64,000 bases of DNA from a virus. The position numbers were made by a program, and so were the translations under genes. This document shows positions 37,867 through 46,530 of this stretch, piece after piece. How positions within the stretch are numbered: the first letter of the stretch is position 1; each line of letters begins with the position of its first letter. A model generated the notes under the pieces. It did no database searches. It saw nothing but the letters and a program-made list of their open reading frames with translations, and was not told where the DNA came from. The DNA is taken from positions 10,738-74,737 of IMG/VR virus record IMGVR_UViG_3300038465_000055; one strand, written 5' to 3'.

Positions 37867-38889
37867 TCAGCTATATTGCATCGATATCACTTGGACTGCC
37901 TCACCACGGAGTCCCCATCCACTCGTAATCCTCATCTCGGACACGACGTCGACGGCGCCACCGGGCAGAGGCGCGGTCAGTTCGCGCGGCGCGACCATGT
38001 CGCAGAGCTGCAAGACGCAAGCGTCTAGCCCCGGAGCGATGTTAGCGAATTCGTTGGTGTTCCAGTTCGTTGTCGGCTGCGGATTCTCGACTTCCGGCAT
38101 GACGAGCAAGACCGCATCAAGGCCACCGGCGCCCTTGCCGATCAGCGTGTCGTCATAGGCCCAGATGATCTCGTCACCGTTCAAGCCACCGACGCCCTCG
38201 ACCACGCCAGCGGTTGACTGCGAACCGGCGCCTGCGCGCTGATACTGCGTGAGCTGGACGACGTTGTACTCGAACTGGCCGAGCGTGCGCTGCGATCCGA
38301 GGATCGTGAATTTGCGGCCGATGCCGAGCTGGTTGGTGCGAGTCTTCATCGCGAGCAACTGGCTGATGACGAAGAACGCCATCTCGCCGTTGTCATAGGT
38401 GATGACGGTATCGTTGCCGTAACTGTCCGGCGGTAGGTTGATCGCGACGGCGCCTGCCGTATTCAGCAGGCCCTCGCCGTTGGCCGGGTTCATGCCGTAG
38501 AGCAGCGCGGATCGAGTGAGCTGGAAATGCCCCTGACGCATACCTAGGCGATAGGCTTGTTCGATCGCCATGCCGCGACGCGCCATCGCCGCTGAATCGT
38601 GATGATCCCATTCGGCACGAACCCGCAGCAGGTAGGTCGCCGTCTGGATGTATGAAAGGAAAATGCCGATCGACGGGAGCTGGTTATAGGCGCTCTGTCC
38701 CGCCGCCATCTTGGTGCGAACATCGGCGCGATTGATGTAGCAGGCCAGATCGCCTTCACCTAGCCTCACCATCAGGTCGCCGCTTGGAAGTGTCTTGAAG
38801 GCGCCCGAAGCTTGGCTATAGGGCAGCAACACTTCCGGAAGCGTGAGCGACGGATTGAGCGTGATAAAGGCCGGTGCAATTACGGGCAT
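37867..38889 (-). CDS. Major capsid protein
   Basis: 340 aa after scaffold and decoration genes; LLYGMNPANGEGLLN; MRITSGW. Confidence 0.85.
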   Translation of the reverse strand: MPVIAPAFITLNPSLTLPEVLLPYSQASGAFKTLPSGDLMVRLGEGDLACYINRADVRTKMAAGQSAYNQLPSIGIFLSYIQTATYLLRVRAEWDHHDSAAMARRGMAIEQAYRLGMRQGHFQLTRSALLYGMNPANGEGLLNTAGAVAINLPPDSYGNDTVITYDNGEMAFFVISQLLAMKTRTNQLGIGRKFTILGSQRTLGQFEYNVVQLTQYQRAGAGSQSTAGVVEGVGGLNGDEIIWAYDDTLIGKGAGGLDAVLLVMPEVENPQPTTNWNTNEFANIAPGLDACVLQLCDMVAPRELTAPLPGGAVDVVSEMRITSGWGLRGEAVQVISMQYS

Positions 38890-38971
38890 TTGTTCGTCTC
38901 CGGTATGGGCTCAATCGTCTGATGATGAGCGGGTGATGGCGTCTGTCGGTTTGAGGTTGCGGGAAACGCGA

Positions 38972-39856
38972 TCAGATCTTGATGAGCGCGCAGGCACCAT
39001 TGCGGTTGAAAATGTAAGCGCCGGCCGAATTGAGCTGGACCGTCATGCAGTTCGTCGCCTTCACGTCGAGCACTTGGACCGGAAGGATGCCGCCGCCAGC
39101 GACGAGCGTGCCGAACACTGTGCCGGCGCCGGGCGTCGACGCGAGCGGATTGGCTGTGACAATGGTCGAGCCCGTGGTGCCGGCGAGCGTGAGGAAGGTG
39201 CCGTTGTAGGCGGCCGGGGTGATACCCGAGAAGGTGACGTATTCTCCGACGCCGATGCCATGCGCTGACGTCGTGGTGTAGGTCGACTGGCCACCGGCGG
39301 TCGCAGCCCACGTCGCCGCTGTGATGACGTTCGCGTTATATATCGCCTGACCTGCGATAAGCTTCTGGCCGCCAAAATCCCAGCTCACTTGCGAAGTGAT
39401 GATATTGCCCTGCAAGTCGATCAGGGCCGGGTCCATCGCAACCGCGATGCGAGCCCCACATCCGAGTCGATAGCCGTGGACACTCATTCCCGAAAGCGCG
39501 ACGGGCACTTCCTGCGTTGCCGACTGGATCATGGAGTGATCCTGATCGAATACGCTGAAACCAACGAGGTTGAAATTTCCGGGAGTGCCTGTTCCGGGAT
39601 AGAGCCCTGTTGCGCGGCCGAGGATATTGCCGAGCACCGAACCGGGACCGTTCGCCAGCCCGCCGATCTGCTCATAGATGCCGACACCACCGTACATCGG
39701 GAGCGTTTCGGTTACGGCCAGCACGCCGCCGAACAGTTCGTGGCGAATGGCGGGATCGTCCATCGCCTGACCTTGGATGTAGCCGGTGCTCTCGACATTG
39801 AACGAGCCACTGGCATTCGTCGTGACGATCGGGTTGTAGCTGAGAGAACCTACCAT
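38972..39856 (-). CDS. Capsid decoration/cement protein with inserted FCCH-like beta domain
   Basis: Between scaffold and MCP; GFSVFDQ...YRLGCGARIAV. Confidence 0.75.
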   Translation of the reverse strand: MVGSLSYNPIVTTNASGSFNVESTGYIQGQAMDDPAIRHELFGGVLAVTETLPMYGGVGIYEQIGGLANGPGSVLGNILGRATGLYPGTGTPGNFNLVGFSVFDQDHSMIQSATQEVPVALSGMSVHGYRLGCGARIAVAMDPALIDLQGNIITSQVSWDFGGQKLIAGQAIYNANVITAATWAATAGGQSTYTTTSAHGIGVGEYVTFSGITPAAYNGTFLTLAGTTGSTIVTANPLASTPGAGTVFGTLVAGGGILPVQVLDVKATNCMTVQLNSAGAYIFNRNGACALIKI

Positions 39857-39938
39857 GGCCCAGAGTTCCTTGCGTGAGTGCGACGATCGTCGCGATTATG
39901 CCAGATCCTAAAAAAGAAAAGACGCCCGCGCGCCGCCC

Positions 39939-41942
39939 TTAGTGTTGGGTCGGCATGCGGGTACCGATGAAGTTGACGTTGCGGTGTGGGCGCGACATCT
40001 GCGCGAAGATCGTGCCCTTGCCGACGAACCGTGTGATCTTGTGGCCGCCCGGTGCGGTTTCCTTGATCTCGCGATGCTGGAATGGCTGCGCATCTGTCGG
40101 GTCCATCGCCGCCTTGAAGGCGTCTGCCCGAATGCCGTCGAGCGCGATCGTGAAGCCCTTGGCATCGGCAGCGATCACCGCCAGATCGACATCCTTCCAC
40201 GTTTTTGAGTGGGGCTGAAGCTTGCGGGCAAGCCGAATGTTGTAGGCGACAATATCCTCGCCGGACATCGGCGGATCTGCGCTGTCATTCATGGCGCGCA
40301 GCACGACGTCGGCTTTCGCCTGTGCATCTGCGAAGGCATCGCGATCGGCCTGCGTCATCTTGCGCGGCTGCATCGAGGTGACCATCGCCTGAAGCTTTTC
40401 GAATTCAGAGCGAGGAACGCTGTCAGCCTTGGCTGCATCAGCCTTCTCTTTCTCTTTTTCCTTGTCCTCGGCATCCTTCTTGGCAGCATCAGCCTTTTCT
40501 TTTTCCTTCTCTTTTTCCTCAGCGTCCTTGCGCTTCTTGTCGGCTGCCGTCTCCTCGGCTCCCTCGCCGTCTTTCTTGGCGCCGTCCTTCTTGGCCGCGT
40601 CTTTCTTCTTCTCCTCCTCCTCCTTTTCGGAATCGGACTTGGCGGCGTCCTTTTTCTTTTCTTCTTCCTTCTCTGCGTCGCGCTTCGCCGAGTCGGACTT
40701 CACCGCGTCCATCACAGCATCGTACTTCGAATCCATTTTCTGACAGTGCGAGGCCATGTCCTGACGGAGACCATCCGCCATCTTCTTGAACGAATCCATG
40801 ATGGCGTCCATCACACCATTTGCGTGCGAACCAACACCGGCCTCATCAGCAGCCTTCTTATCGGCATCCGCCTTCTTCTCTGCTTCGGTTTTTTCGGCCA
40901 CGCTGGAATCTCCTCTGATGATGTGATCGCTGCTAATTCCGGCGGGCTCCCCGCCTTTGTCCCAAACACCCTGCTGGCAGATCGCGACATGATCTAGCAA
41001 ACCGGGGTCGCCTTCAATGAGTAACAAGCTCTTGTCGGGAAGTGCTACGGACTGATTTACACTGAGTTTCGTGAAAACAACAGTGGGACTTGTGGACAGC
41101 ACGCCTTTTTCCATCTCGGCGTTGGCCTCGTCGTCATAGATCTTGGCCACCGCCCAGACTTCATCTTCGTCGATGTAGGGCACAAAAACGGTGCCGACGA
41201 TCCGCTTGGCGAACTCTTTTGACGTCAGCTTCGCCTTAGCCGGGTGCAGCCAGATAACCGGCAGCCCGTTGCATCGATCGAGGAAATCCTGATTGAGATA
41301 GTGCTCTGGCGGCCGATAGACGTGCTCGTCATAGACGATCGTCTTGCCGTCGTCGTCCTTTCGCTTCTGCGCCTTGCGGAATGACCGGCCCGTACCCGTG
41401 ATCCGCATCGTCCACATCGTCATGTTGATGTAGCGCTGCGGCGACATTAGCTCGCCCGCGGCCATCGCGCGCGCGATCCCCAGCTCATTCATCGTCAGCT
41501 TGTCGAGCGCGATCTGACAGCCGGGATGCAGCGGTTGCGGCGCGTCGCCGATCGACGACCACACGAAGCCGTCATGCTCCTCATTCAGCTTAGGTGTGAA
41601 CTGGACCGGGACGCGGACAAGGAACGTCGTGAAATCAACCATAGGCGGAGGCGGCAGCTCGACCACGTCAGGAACAAGCGACGCCGGCTTTTCAGCTACA
41701 TCCTCCAACACCGGCTTGATGCGCCTTGCGTGCAGACGCAGCGCCGCTGGCTTTACCTTGTATCCGGTCTCCTCCTCGACCTCGCGGATTGCCGCACCAT
41801 CGGCGTCCTCGCCATCCTCGATTTTTCCACCGGGAAACGCCCAACGGCCGATCTGGTCGCCGTCAGCGCGGCGCAGGAATAAGGCTTTGCCCTCGGGATC
41901 GAGGAACAGGATGCCGGCGGCGCGAATCACATTATCGGTCAT
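39939..41942 (-). CDS. Nudix hydrolase fused to DUF2213-like prohead protease/scaffold
   Basis: Nudix box GGKIEDGEDADGAAIREVEEETG; RITGTG, GLPVIWLHP, LDHVAIC; K/E/D-rich scaffold region. Confidence 0.85.
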   Translation of the reverse strand: MTDNVIRAAGILFLDPEGKALFLRRADGDQIGRWAFPGGKIEDGEDADGAAIREVEEETGYKVKPAALRLHARRIKPVLEDVAEKPASLVPDVVELPPPPMVDFTTFLVRVPVQFTPKLNEEHDGFVWSSIGDAPQPLHPGCQIALDKLTMNELGIARAMAAGELMSPQRYINMTMWTMRITGTGRSFRKAQKRKDDDGKTIVYDEHVYRPPEHYLNQDFLDRCNGLPVIWLHPAKAKLTSKEFAKRIVGTVFVPYIDEDEVWAVAKIYDDEANAEMEKGVLSTSPTVVFTKLSVNQSVALPDKSLLLIEGDPGLLDHVAICQQGVWDKGGEPAGISSDHIIRGDSSVAEKTEAEKKADADKKAADEAGVGSHANGVMDAIMDSFKKMADGLRQDMASHCQKMDSKYDAVMDAVKSDSAKRDAEKEEEKKKDAAKSDSEKEEEEKKKDAAKKDGAKKDGEGAEETAADKKRKDAEEKEKEKEKADAAKKDAEDKEKEKEKADAAKADSVPRSEFEKLQAMVTSMQPRKMTQADRDAFADAQAKADVVLRAMNDSADPPMSGEDIVAYNIRLARKLQPHSKTWKDVDLAVIAADAKGFTIALDGIRADAFKAAMDPTDAQPFQHREIKETAPGGHKITRFVGKGTIFAQMSRPHRNVNFIGTRMPTQH

Positions 41943-41944
41943 CG

Positions 41945-42301
41945 TCAGTCGCTCGCGCTCACGTTGGCCGGGATAGGCGGCATCGCCACGATATCAGATC
42001 GCTTATGCCAACTGTCAGAGCAAAACTGGATTTGTCCATCGGTGATGATGTAGTGGCACGTGCCGTCTATCGGATGGCCGTCCTCGTCGCGATGCCATTC
42101 TCCGTTCCACTTGCCGTCGACCACAACCAAGCGTTTGCCGGAATGCTTGAAACTCGGCGTGAACGTCGGCTTGTCGACGTCGCCGTTCCATTTCCAGCCG
42201 AAGCCATCGAACACCGGATGCAGCACCTCGCACGCTGGGCACCAATGAAACATCCGGTTGCCGTTGCGCTCTAGGATTGGGCTCAAACGCTCGACCGCCA
42301 T
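41945..42301 (-). CDS. Small Cys/His metal-binding protein (DUF6527-like)
   Basis: HWCPAC...H...WNGD..KPTFTPS...CHYII.DG.IQFC.D..H. Confidence 0.7.
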   Translation of the reverse strand: MAVERLSPILERNGNRMFHWCPACEVLHPVFDGFGWKWNGDVDKPTFTPSFKHSGKRLVVVDGKWNGEWHRDEDGHPIDGTCHYIITDGQIQFCSDSWHKRSDIVAMPPIPANVSASD

Positions 42302-42302
42302 T

Positions 42303-42653
42303 TTAAGTCATGCTCCCCGGCATAAAACATCGAACCTGCGGCCTACCGTCGATCCAGATGGGCCAGACGATTGTCCGTCCGTCGAGATTGGGAACGGTGA
42401 TCAGGGCATCGTCAGGAACGTCAACCCACTCCCGCAGCATGAACACACGGTAATGGCCGCGCTTTACCTCCCAATCGGCATCCTTGACCACATCCCCGTC
42501 AGCGTCAGCGCAGCAGCGCCCTTTGCCCGATTGCAGGCCCTCAAACCACGCATGAAGCGGCGATTGCGAATGGCCGTCGCCTTCCTTGGCAAACGAAGCT
42601 GCAACCCCCGAGAGGATGATCCAGCAAATTGAGATGGCTCTCGACGAGATCAT
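42303..42653 (-). CDS. Exported Cys-containing hypothetical protein
   Basis: Hydrophobic N-terminus; WFEGL...CCADAD...RCFMPG. Confidence 0.7.
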   Translation of the reverse strand: MISSRAISICWIILSGVAASFAKEGDGHSQSPLHAWFEGLQSGKGRCCADADGDVVKDADWEVKRGHYRVFMLREWVDVPDDALITVPNLDGRTIVWPIWIDGRPQVRCFMPGSMT

Positions 42654-42659
42654 GAAAGG

Positions 42660-42824
42660 TCATAGCCTTCCGAGCAGCAGCAGGACGAGCAAGATCACAA
42701 CGATAAGGCCGAGGCCGCCGCCGCCATAATAACCGCTTCCGTAGAACGGTCCACCGCCGACGCCCGTGAATCCGCCGAGCAACGCGATAACAAGGATGAT
42801 CAAGATAATTGTCCCGAGCGACAT
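42660..42824 (-). CDS. DUF3309-like small membrane protein (54 aa, not in ORF track)
   Basis: Hand translation MSLGTIILIILVIALLGGF...GYYGGGGLGLIVVILLVLLLLGRL; AGGAG RBS. Confidence 0.8.
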   Translation of the reverse strand: MSLGTIILIILVIALLGGFTGVGGGPFYGSGYYGGGGLGLIVVILLVLLLLGRL

Positions 42825-42972
42825 GGTCTTTACTCCTTTGCGTCGCAGCCCTTGCAGATCGATGGAGGGCCGGGCTCCATCGGAGGATCTGCCTCCGAGC
42901 AGTCGGTAACACCCCCGACATAGTAGCAGCCCTTGCGCGCGGGGACCATTTCAACAATGGGTGGCTTGCCCC

Positions 42973-43170
42973 CTAGTAAAAAGAATGGTGGCCCGCTCCT
43001 ATGCCCTGCAAGGGAAAACCAAACTCGGCCAATCCCAGCAGCACGATCAAAATGAGGATAAGCGCATCGTTGGCCCAACCATATTGCCACGTCGGGCCTC
43101 GCCGATAGCCTATGACGCTAAGAATGACGATGACGATAAAAATGCCCCAGAAGATGTATCCAAGCGGCAT
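42973..43170 (-). CDS. Small two-TM membrane protein
   Basis: GAGGAG RBS; two hydrophobic helices. Confidence 0.7.
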   Translation of the reverse strand: MPLGYIFWGIFIVIVILSVIGYRRGPTWQYGWANDALILILIVLLGLAEFGFPLQGIGAGHHSFY

Positions 43171-43180
43171 GGCGCACTCC

Positions 43181-44011
43181 TCATGAAGCCAGTTCGACTC
43201 TCACGCGATCCAACTCAGCTTTACCCTTAACGGTGAGCATGTCCGGCGGCAAGTCCCGCAATGCGTAAATCCAAACCATGTAGCAGCGGCAGAACGGTTC
43301 CTCTCCAACCTTTGTTACCTTGTCGTACCAGCCGGCGCCGACGGGTTTGACTAAACCTTTCTCGGTCGCCCACGTATCGCGCAGCAAATAGATTTCCTGA
43401 TCTCGTTCCTTGTGATCCTCGCGATAATCGTACCCCGGCTGTTTCCAATGCGAGCGCCAGCGTCCCGCGATCGCTTGCCCGCCAATGGCTACCACCTCCG
43501 AAATTGACGCTGTCAGCTTGTGACCTTGATCGATAAAAACTCGCCGTTCCTCAAAGGATAGCGACGTTATCGATCGGCGAATCTTATCCTTGAGGCCAGC
43601 CTTGTTGCCCTGAGACGTCCCGCCCTTCGGCACCGACGTAGCCCAGCCAGAGAAGCGAGACATCATGGTGTCGATCGTTGTCTTGCGCTTGCGCTTGATC
43701 AGATCTGCCGACGCCATGATGCGCTGATCGAGGATCTTACGAAGCTCCGGTCGCAGCTTGTCGACAGTGAATGTGCTGATGCCGGGATGCTTACTATAGA
43801 TCTGGCCCTTGTCGATCAGGCGCTCGTAAATCTGCGCCAGTCCGTCGCGCAGCATCTTGTCCATCTCGGCTTCCGGCAGGAGCGAAGCCCTAGCCGACGT
43901 CGCCAGCTTTTCTTCCCATCTGCGCACGCGACCAATTTCGTCAAAGCCGTGATCGAGGATATCGACCACGGCCTGAGTCACGACGCGATAGAATGTGCTC
44001 TTGTCAGCCAT
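43181..44011 (-). CDS. Head morphogenesis protein (Mu gpF-like)
   Basis: IDQGHKL...YREDHKERD...GEEPFCRC. Confidence 0.8.
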   Translation of the reverse strand: MADKSTFYRVVTQAVVDILDHGFDEIGRVRRWEEKLATSARASLLPEAEMDKMLRDGLAQIYERLIDKGQIYSKHPGISTFTVDKLRPELRKILDQRIMASADLIKRKRKTTIDTMMSRFSGWATSVPKGGTSQGNKAGLKDKIRRSITSLSFEERRVFIDQGHKLTASISEVVAIGGQAIAGRWRSHWKQPGYDYREDHKERDQEIYLLRDTWATEKGLVKPVGAGWYDKVTKVGEEPFCRCYMVWIYALRDLPPDMLTVKGKAELDRVRVELAS

Positions 44012-44333
44012 GCTGATCTTGGCCGCTCTCCTGAGGCCCATCAGCCTTTTCGATTAGCGTGTAGCTTTCGAGGAACGCCTTGCGCGACGAGAACGACCGA
44101 TAGCCGTCGTCATAGATCACATAGAAGTCGCCCTGCTTCGGCGTGTAGCGCGCGAGCATCTTAGGGTCGATCTGCTGCGAAGGATATTTCGCATCCATGA
44201 AATGCAGGAGACCATCTGCCATGCCCATGATCTCCAGCGCGCGCACCGTCTTGTGTGACTTGTAGAGCGGGACTTCCTTGTTGATGTTGAGCGTGGGGAA
44301 GCCGTTTGAAGTCTCGATATTATCGTCGGTCAT
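44004..44333 (-). CDS. Small phage protein with GDFYVxYxDGYxSFS motif
   Basis: PLYKSHKTVRA...GDFYVIYDDGYRSFSSRKAFLESY. Confidence 0.7.
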   Translation of the reverse strand: MTDDNIETSNGFPTLNINKEVPLYKSHKTVRALEIMGMADGLLHFMDAKYPSQQIDPKMLARYTPKQGDFYVIYDDGYRSFSSRKAFLESYTLIEKADGPQESGQDQHG

Positions 44334-44524
44334 GTTTCAACCTTTCCTCGTTGATTTCGTTGCTCTTGGGAACGTTTCTGACGGATTCTCTCGTTGGTGT
44401 TGATGCGGCTGGCCTGCAACGCATATTCCCGCGCACGTCTGTTGAAATCGGTCTCTGGCGGAATTAACCCGACCAGCTCCAAAATCTCTCGCTTCACGAC
44501 CTTGTAATTATTTTTATGCCTCAT
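44330..44524 (-). CDS. Small basic protein
   Basis: ATGA-coupled at both ends. Confidence 0.55.
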   Translation of the reverse strand: MRHKNNYKVVKREILELVGLIPPETDFNRRAREYALQASRINTNERIRQKRSQEQRNQRGKVET

Positions 44525-46071
44525 GCTGCATTTGGCCTGCGATCTGGCGCGATGATCGGCGAGTTTGGCGTCTTGCCGCTGCCTGTATATTGCGCCAGCG
44601 AATCCCTGTAGGCTGCGAGCGCGTCGGTCCTCGGTTTGAACGAGCCTTCGATGTTCTTCGTCTCGGCCTGTTTTCCCTCCATCTCCAACTGCTTCTCAGG
44701 CGGCACATAATTGACCAGAGCGTCGAAATCCAGATCGAGCCGCACGCCGAACATCAGCTTTTGATTGTTGAAGATATCCTGCAACCATTCGAGCAGCTTG
44801 GCCTTGTTGTCCGGATCGGCCATCGGCGCCATCATCTCGAAGGCCGCCAGCACCGCGCGGAAGCGAACGTCCTCGACTTGGATCTTCTCGCTGTCGGGCT
44901 CTGTCAGGAGGTTAGGCCACGTCGCCTTCATGTTGTTGGTGACGTCGTAAAACCACGTCTGATATTTGACGCCTCCAAACTCATCCGGAAACTCGCTCTT
45001 GATCGTATCGAAAAACTCCTCGTTGAATGCGCGGCGTTGGATGATCGGGTCCATAAACGCATAGGTTGGCGCCATGTCGTCGCGAATGCGTGTGATGAAG
45101 CGAGACTCGGCTGCCGCGTCCTCCGTGCCCTCGCCAAACCCCTCTGCGAAAGTCTCATGGTTCAACATGCGAGCTGGCATCGGCACAGCCGTGGCAATGT
45201 TTTGCAGGACGTTCTTTCGCGACTCGGACATAGCGGTGTTGACGTTAGTGAGGTCGATCCCCTTGATATCCTCATCCTTCTCGACGCTGATGACGTTCTC
45301 GGTGGCCGCCTGCTTGATCATGGCGCGCTTGATGCCGGCCATCAGCAGCATCGCCCGATCGATAATCGATCCTGCCGACTTCAGCACCGCGACGATGATG
45401 CCGGCTTTCTTCGTAACCATGTCGTCGGTGATCATGGACTGGACGAAAGACTTCAGCGGGAACAGCGCGCGCTGGTAGGCCGATCGGCCGACGTAACCGT
45501 AAGCGCTGGCCGTGTACTCGATATAGATCGGGCTTTCGTTCATAACCACGATCGCGCGCGAGCGATGATACGACACCCCATTGATCGCTATGTTGTCGAC
45601 CTTCTGGAAGTCGGTTGCATTGGGGCGCTGATTAAGGACGAGGCTTCCGGCGGTATTGAGAGGATCGAGCACATTCCAGCTAATCGACAATTTGGCAAGT
45701 CGATCGAACGGCATAGGCTCAGAGGGCAGGAAATCGTCACTGACGACGCACAGCGTAGAGATGCCATACACTCTCGCCAGTACATGAGTGTTGAAGATAT
45801 TTCTGTCGGCATTGTCGGACGTCCACTGCTTGTTCCATTGCTCCTTTAGCCGCTGCTCGATGCCGGGATGCTTTGGGAACGCGATCTCCCGCGGCTGGCT
45901 CATCGCGATGCGAATCGGCTCCTCGACGATCTTGGCGCCGAGCGGGTGGAACACGTAGATGGTTTTGCAGATCTGGTAACTGGCGGGAGCGCCGGGGACT
46001 ATCTCAGGGGCCATAAGCAGCCCTTGGAGCGACTGGCCTAGCGTGCTGCCGTTGATGATGACTTCGGCCAC
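44521..46071 (-). CDS. Portal protein (DUF1073-like)
   Basis: 516 aa following TerL; LDPLN.AGS...HRSR...FGEGTED. Confidence 0.85.
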   Translation of the reverse strand: MAEVIINGSTLGQSLQGLLMAPEIVPGAPASYQICKTIYVFHPLGAKIVEEPIRIAMSQPREIAFPKHPGIEQRLKEQWNKQWTSDNADRNIFNTHVLARVYGISTLCVVSDDFLPSEPMPFDRLAKLSISWNVLDPLNTAGSLVLNQRPNATDFQKVDNIAINGVSYHRSRAIVVMNESPIYIEYTASAYGYVGRSAYQRALFPLKSFVQSMITDDMVTKKAGIIVAVLKSAGSIIDRAMLLMAGIKRAMIKQAATENVISVEKDEDIKGIDLTNVNTAMSESRKNVLQNIATAVPMPARMLNHETFAEGFGEGTEDAAAESRFITRIRDDMAPTYAFMDPIIQRRAFNEEFFDTIKSEFPDEFGGVKYQTWFYDVTNNMKATWPNLLTEPDSEKIQVEDVRFRAVLAAFEMMAPMADPDNKAKLLEWLQDIFNNQKLMFGVRLDLDFDALVNYVPPEKQLEMEGKQAETKNIEGSFKPRTDALAAYRDSLAQYTGSGKTPNSPIIAPDRRPNAA

Positions 46072-46530
46072 TTGTTACCCCGTCGCGAGAAGCTACAGGG
46101 CAGCCTTATCATCACCGGGCGCTTTCGTCACTATCGACTTAACATGATCTCTCGGAACAAGCTTTTGTGCTTTTGCATGGAGCGAGGCAATCTGATCTTC
46201 GCCGGTTTCAATCCACGTCCGCGCTGATAACGATCCCAAGCTTTCATCCATGGCCTGCGGAGAGCACGCAATCGATGCAGTGTGCGTGCTAATGCTTTTC
46301 GGCATCGTCCCGGCGCCAACCCTCAAGCCGCTCGCGCAATTCATCTATGTTCATGTGTCGCTCCCAGCGCGCATCTAATTCCGTCCATCGCAGCTTTGCC
46401 GCACGCGCAGACGCCGGACCAATCGGTGCAGTCTCTCCCGCTGTCACGCACGGCATTTCCGCCTATCGCCGCGTTGGCGGCCACGAAAGAGACCGATGCT
46501 GCGCCGGGATGCTCTGCGTGGGCAACTATG

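Noticed and set aside
39909-39940. Terminator after the scaffold gene
   Set aside because: Good U-tract but a weak, G-U-rich stem; not supportable by eye.
40430-40700. Repetitive CT-rich DNA as a repeat element or array
   Set aside because: It encodes the K/E/D-rich scaffold segment; no constant repeat-spacer structure.
44590-45849. 419-aa + strand ORF
   Set aside because: Antisense shadow of the portal gene.
44521-46071. Portal as an anti-CBASS Acb1 protein
   Set aside because: No 2H-phosphodiesterase HxT pair recognised; size and position fit a plain portal.
46075-46530. Short ORFs between TerL and portal
   Set aside because: No frame is convincing; the RBS-led one (MNIDELRERL) stops at 21 aa, so the region may be decayed.
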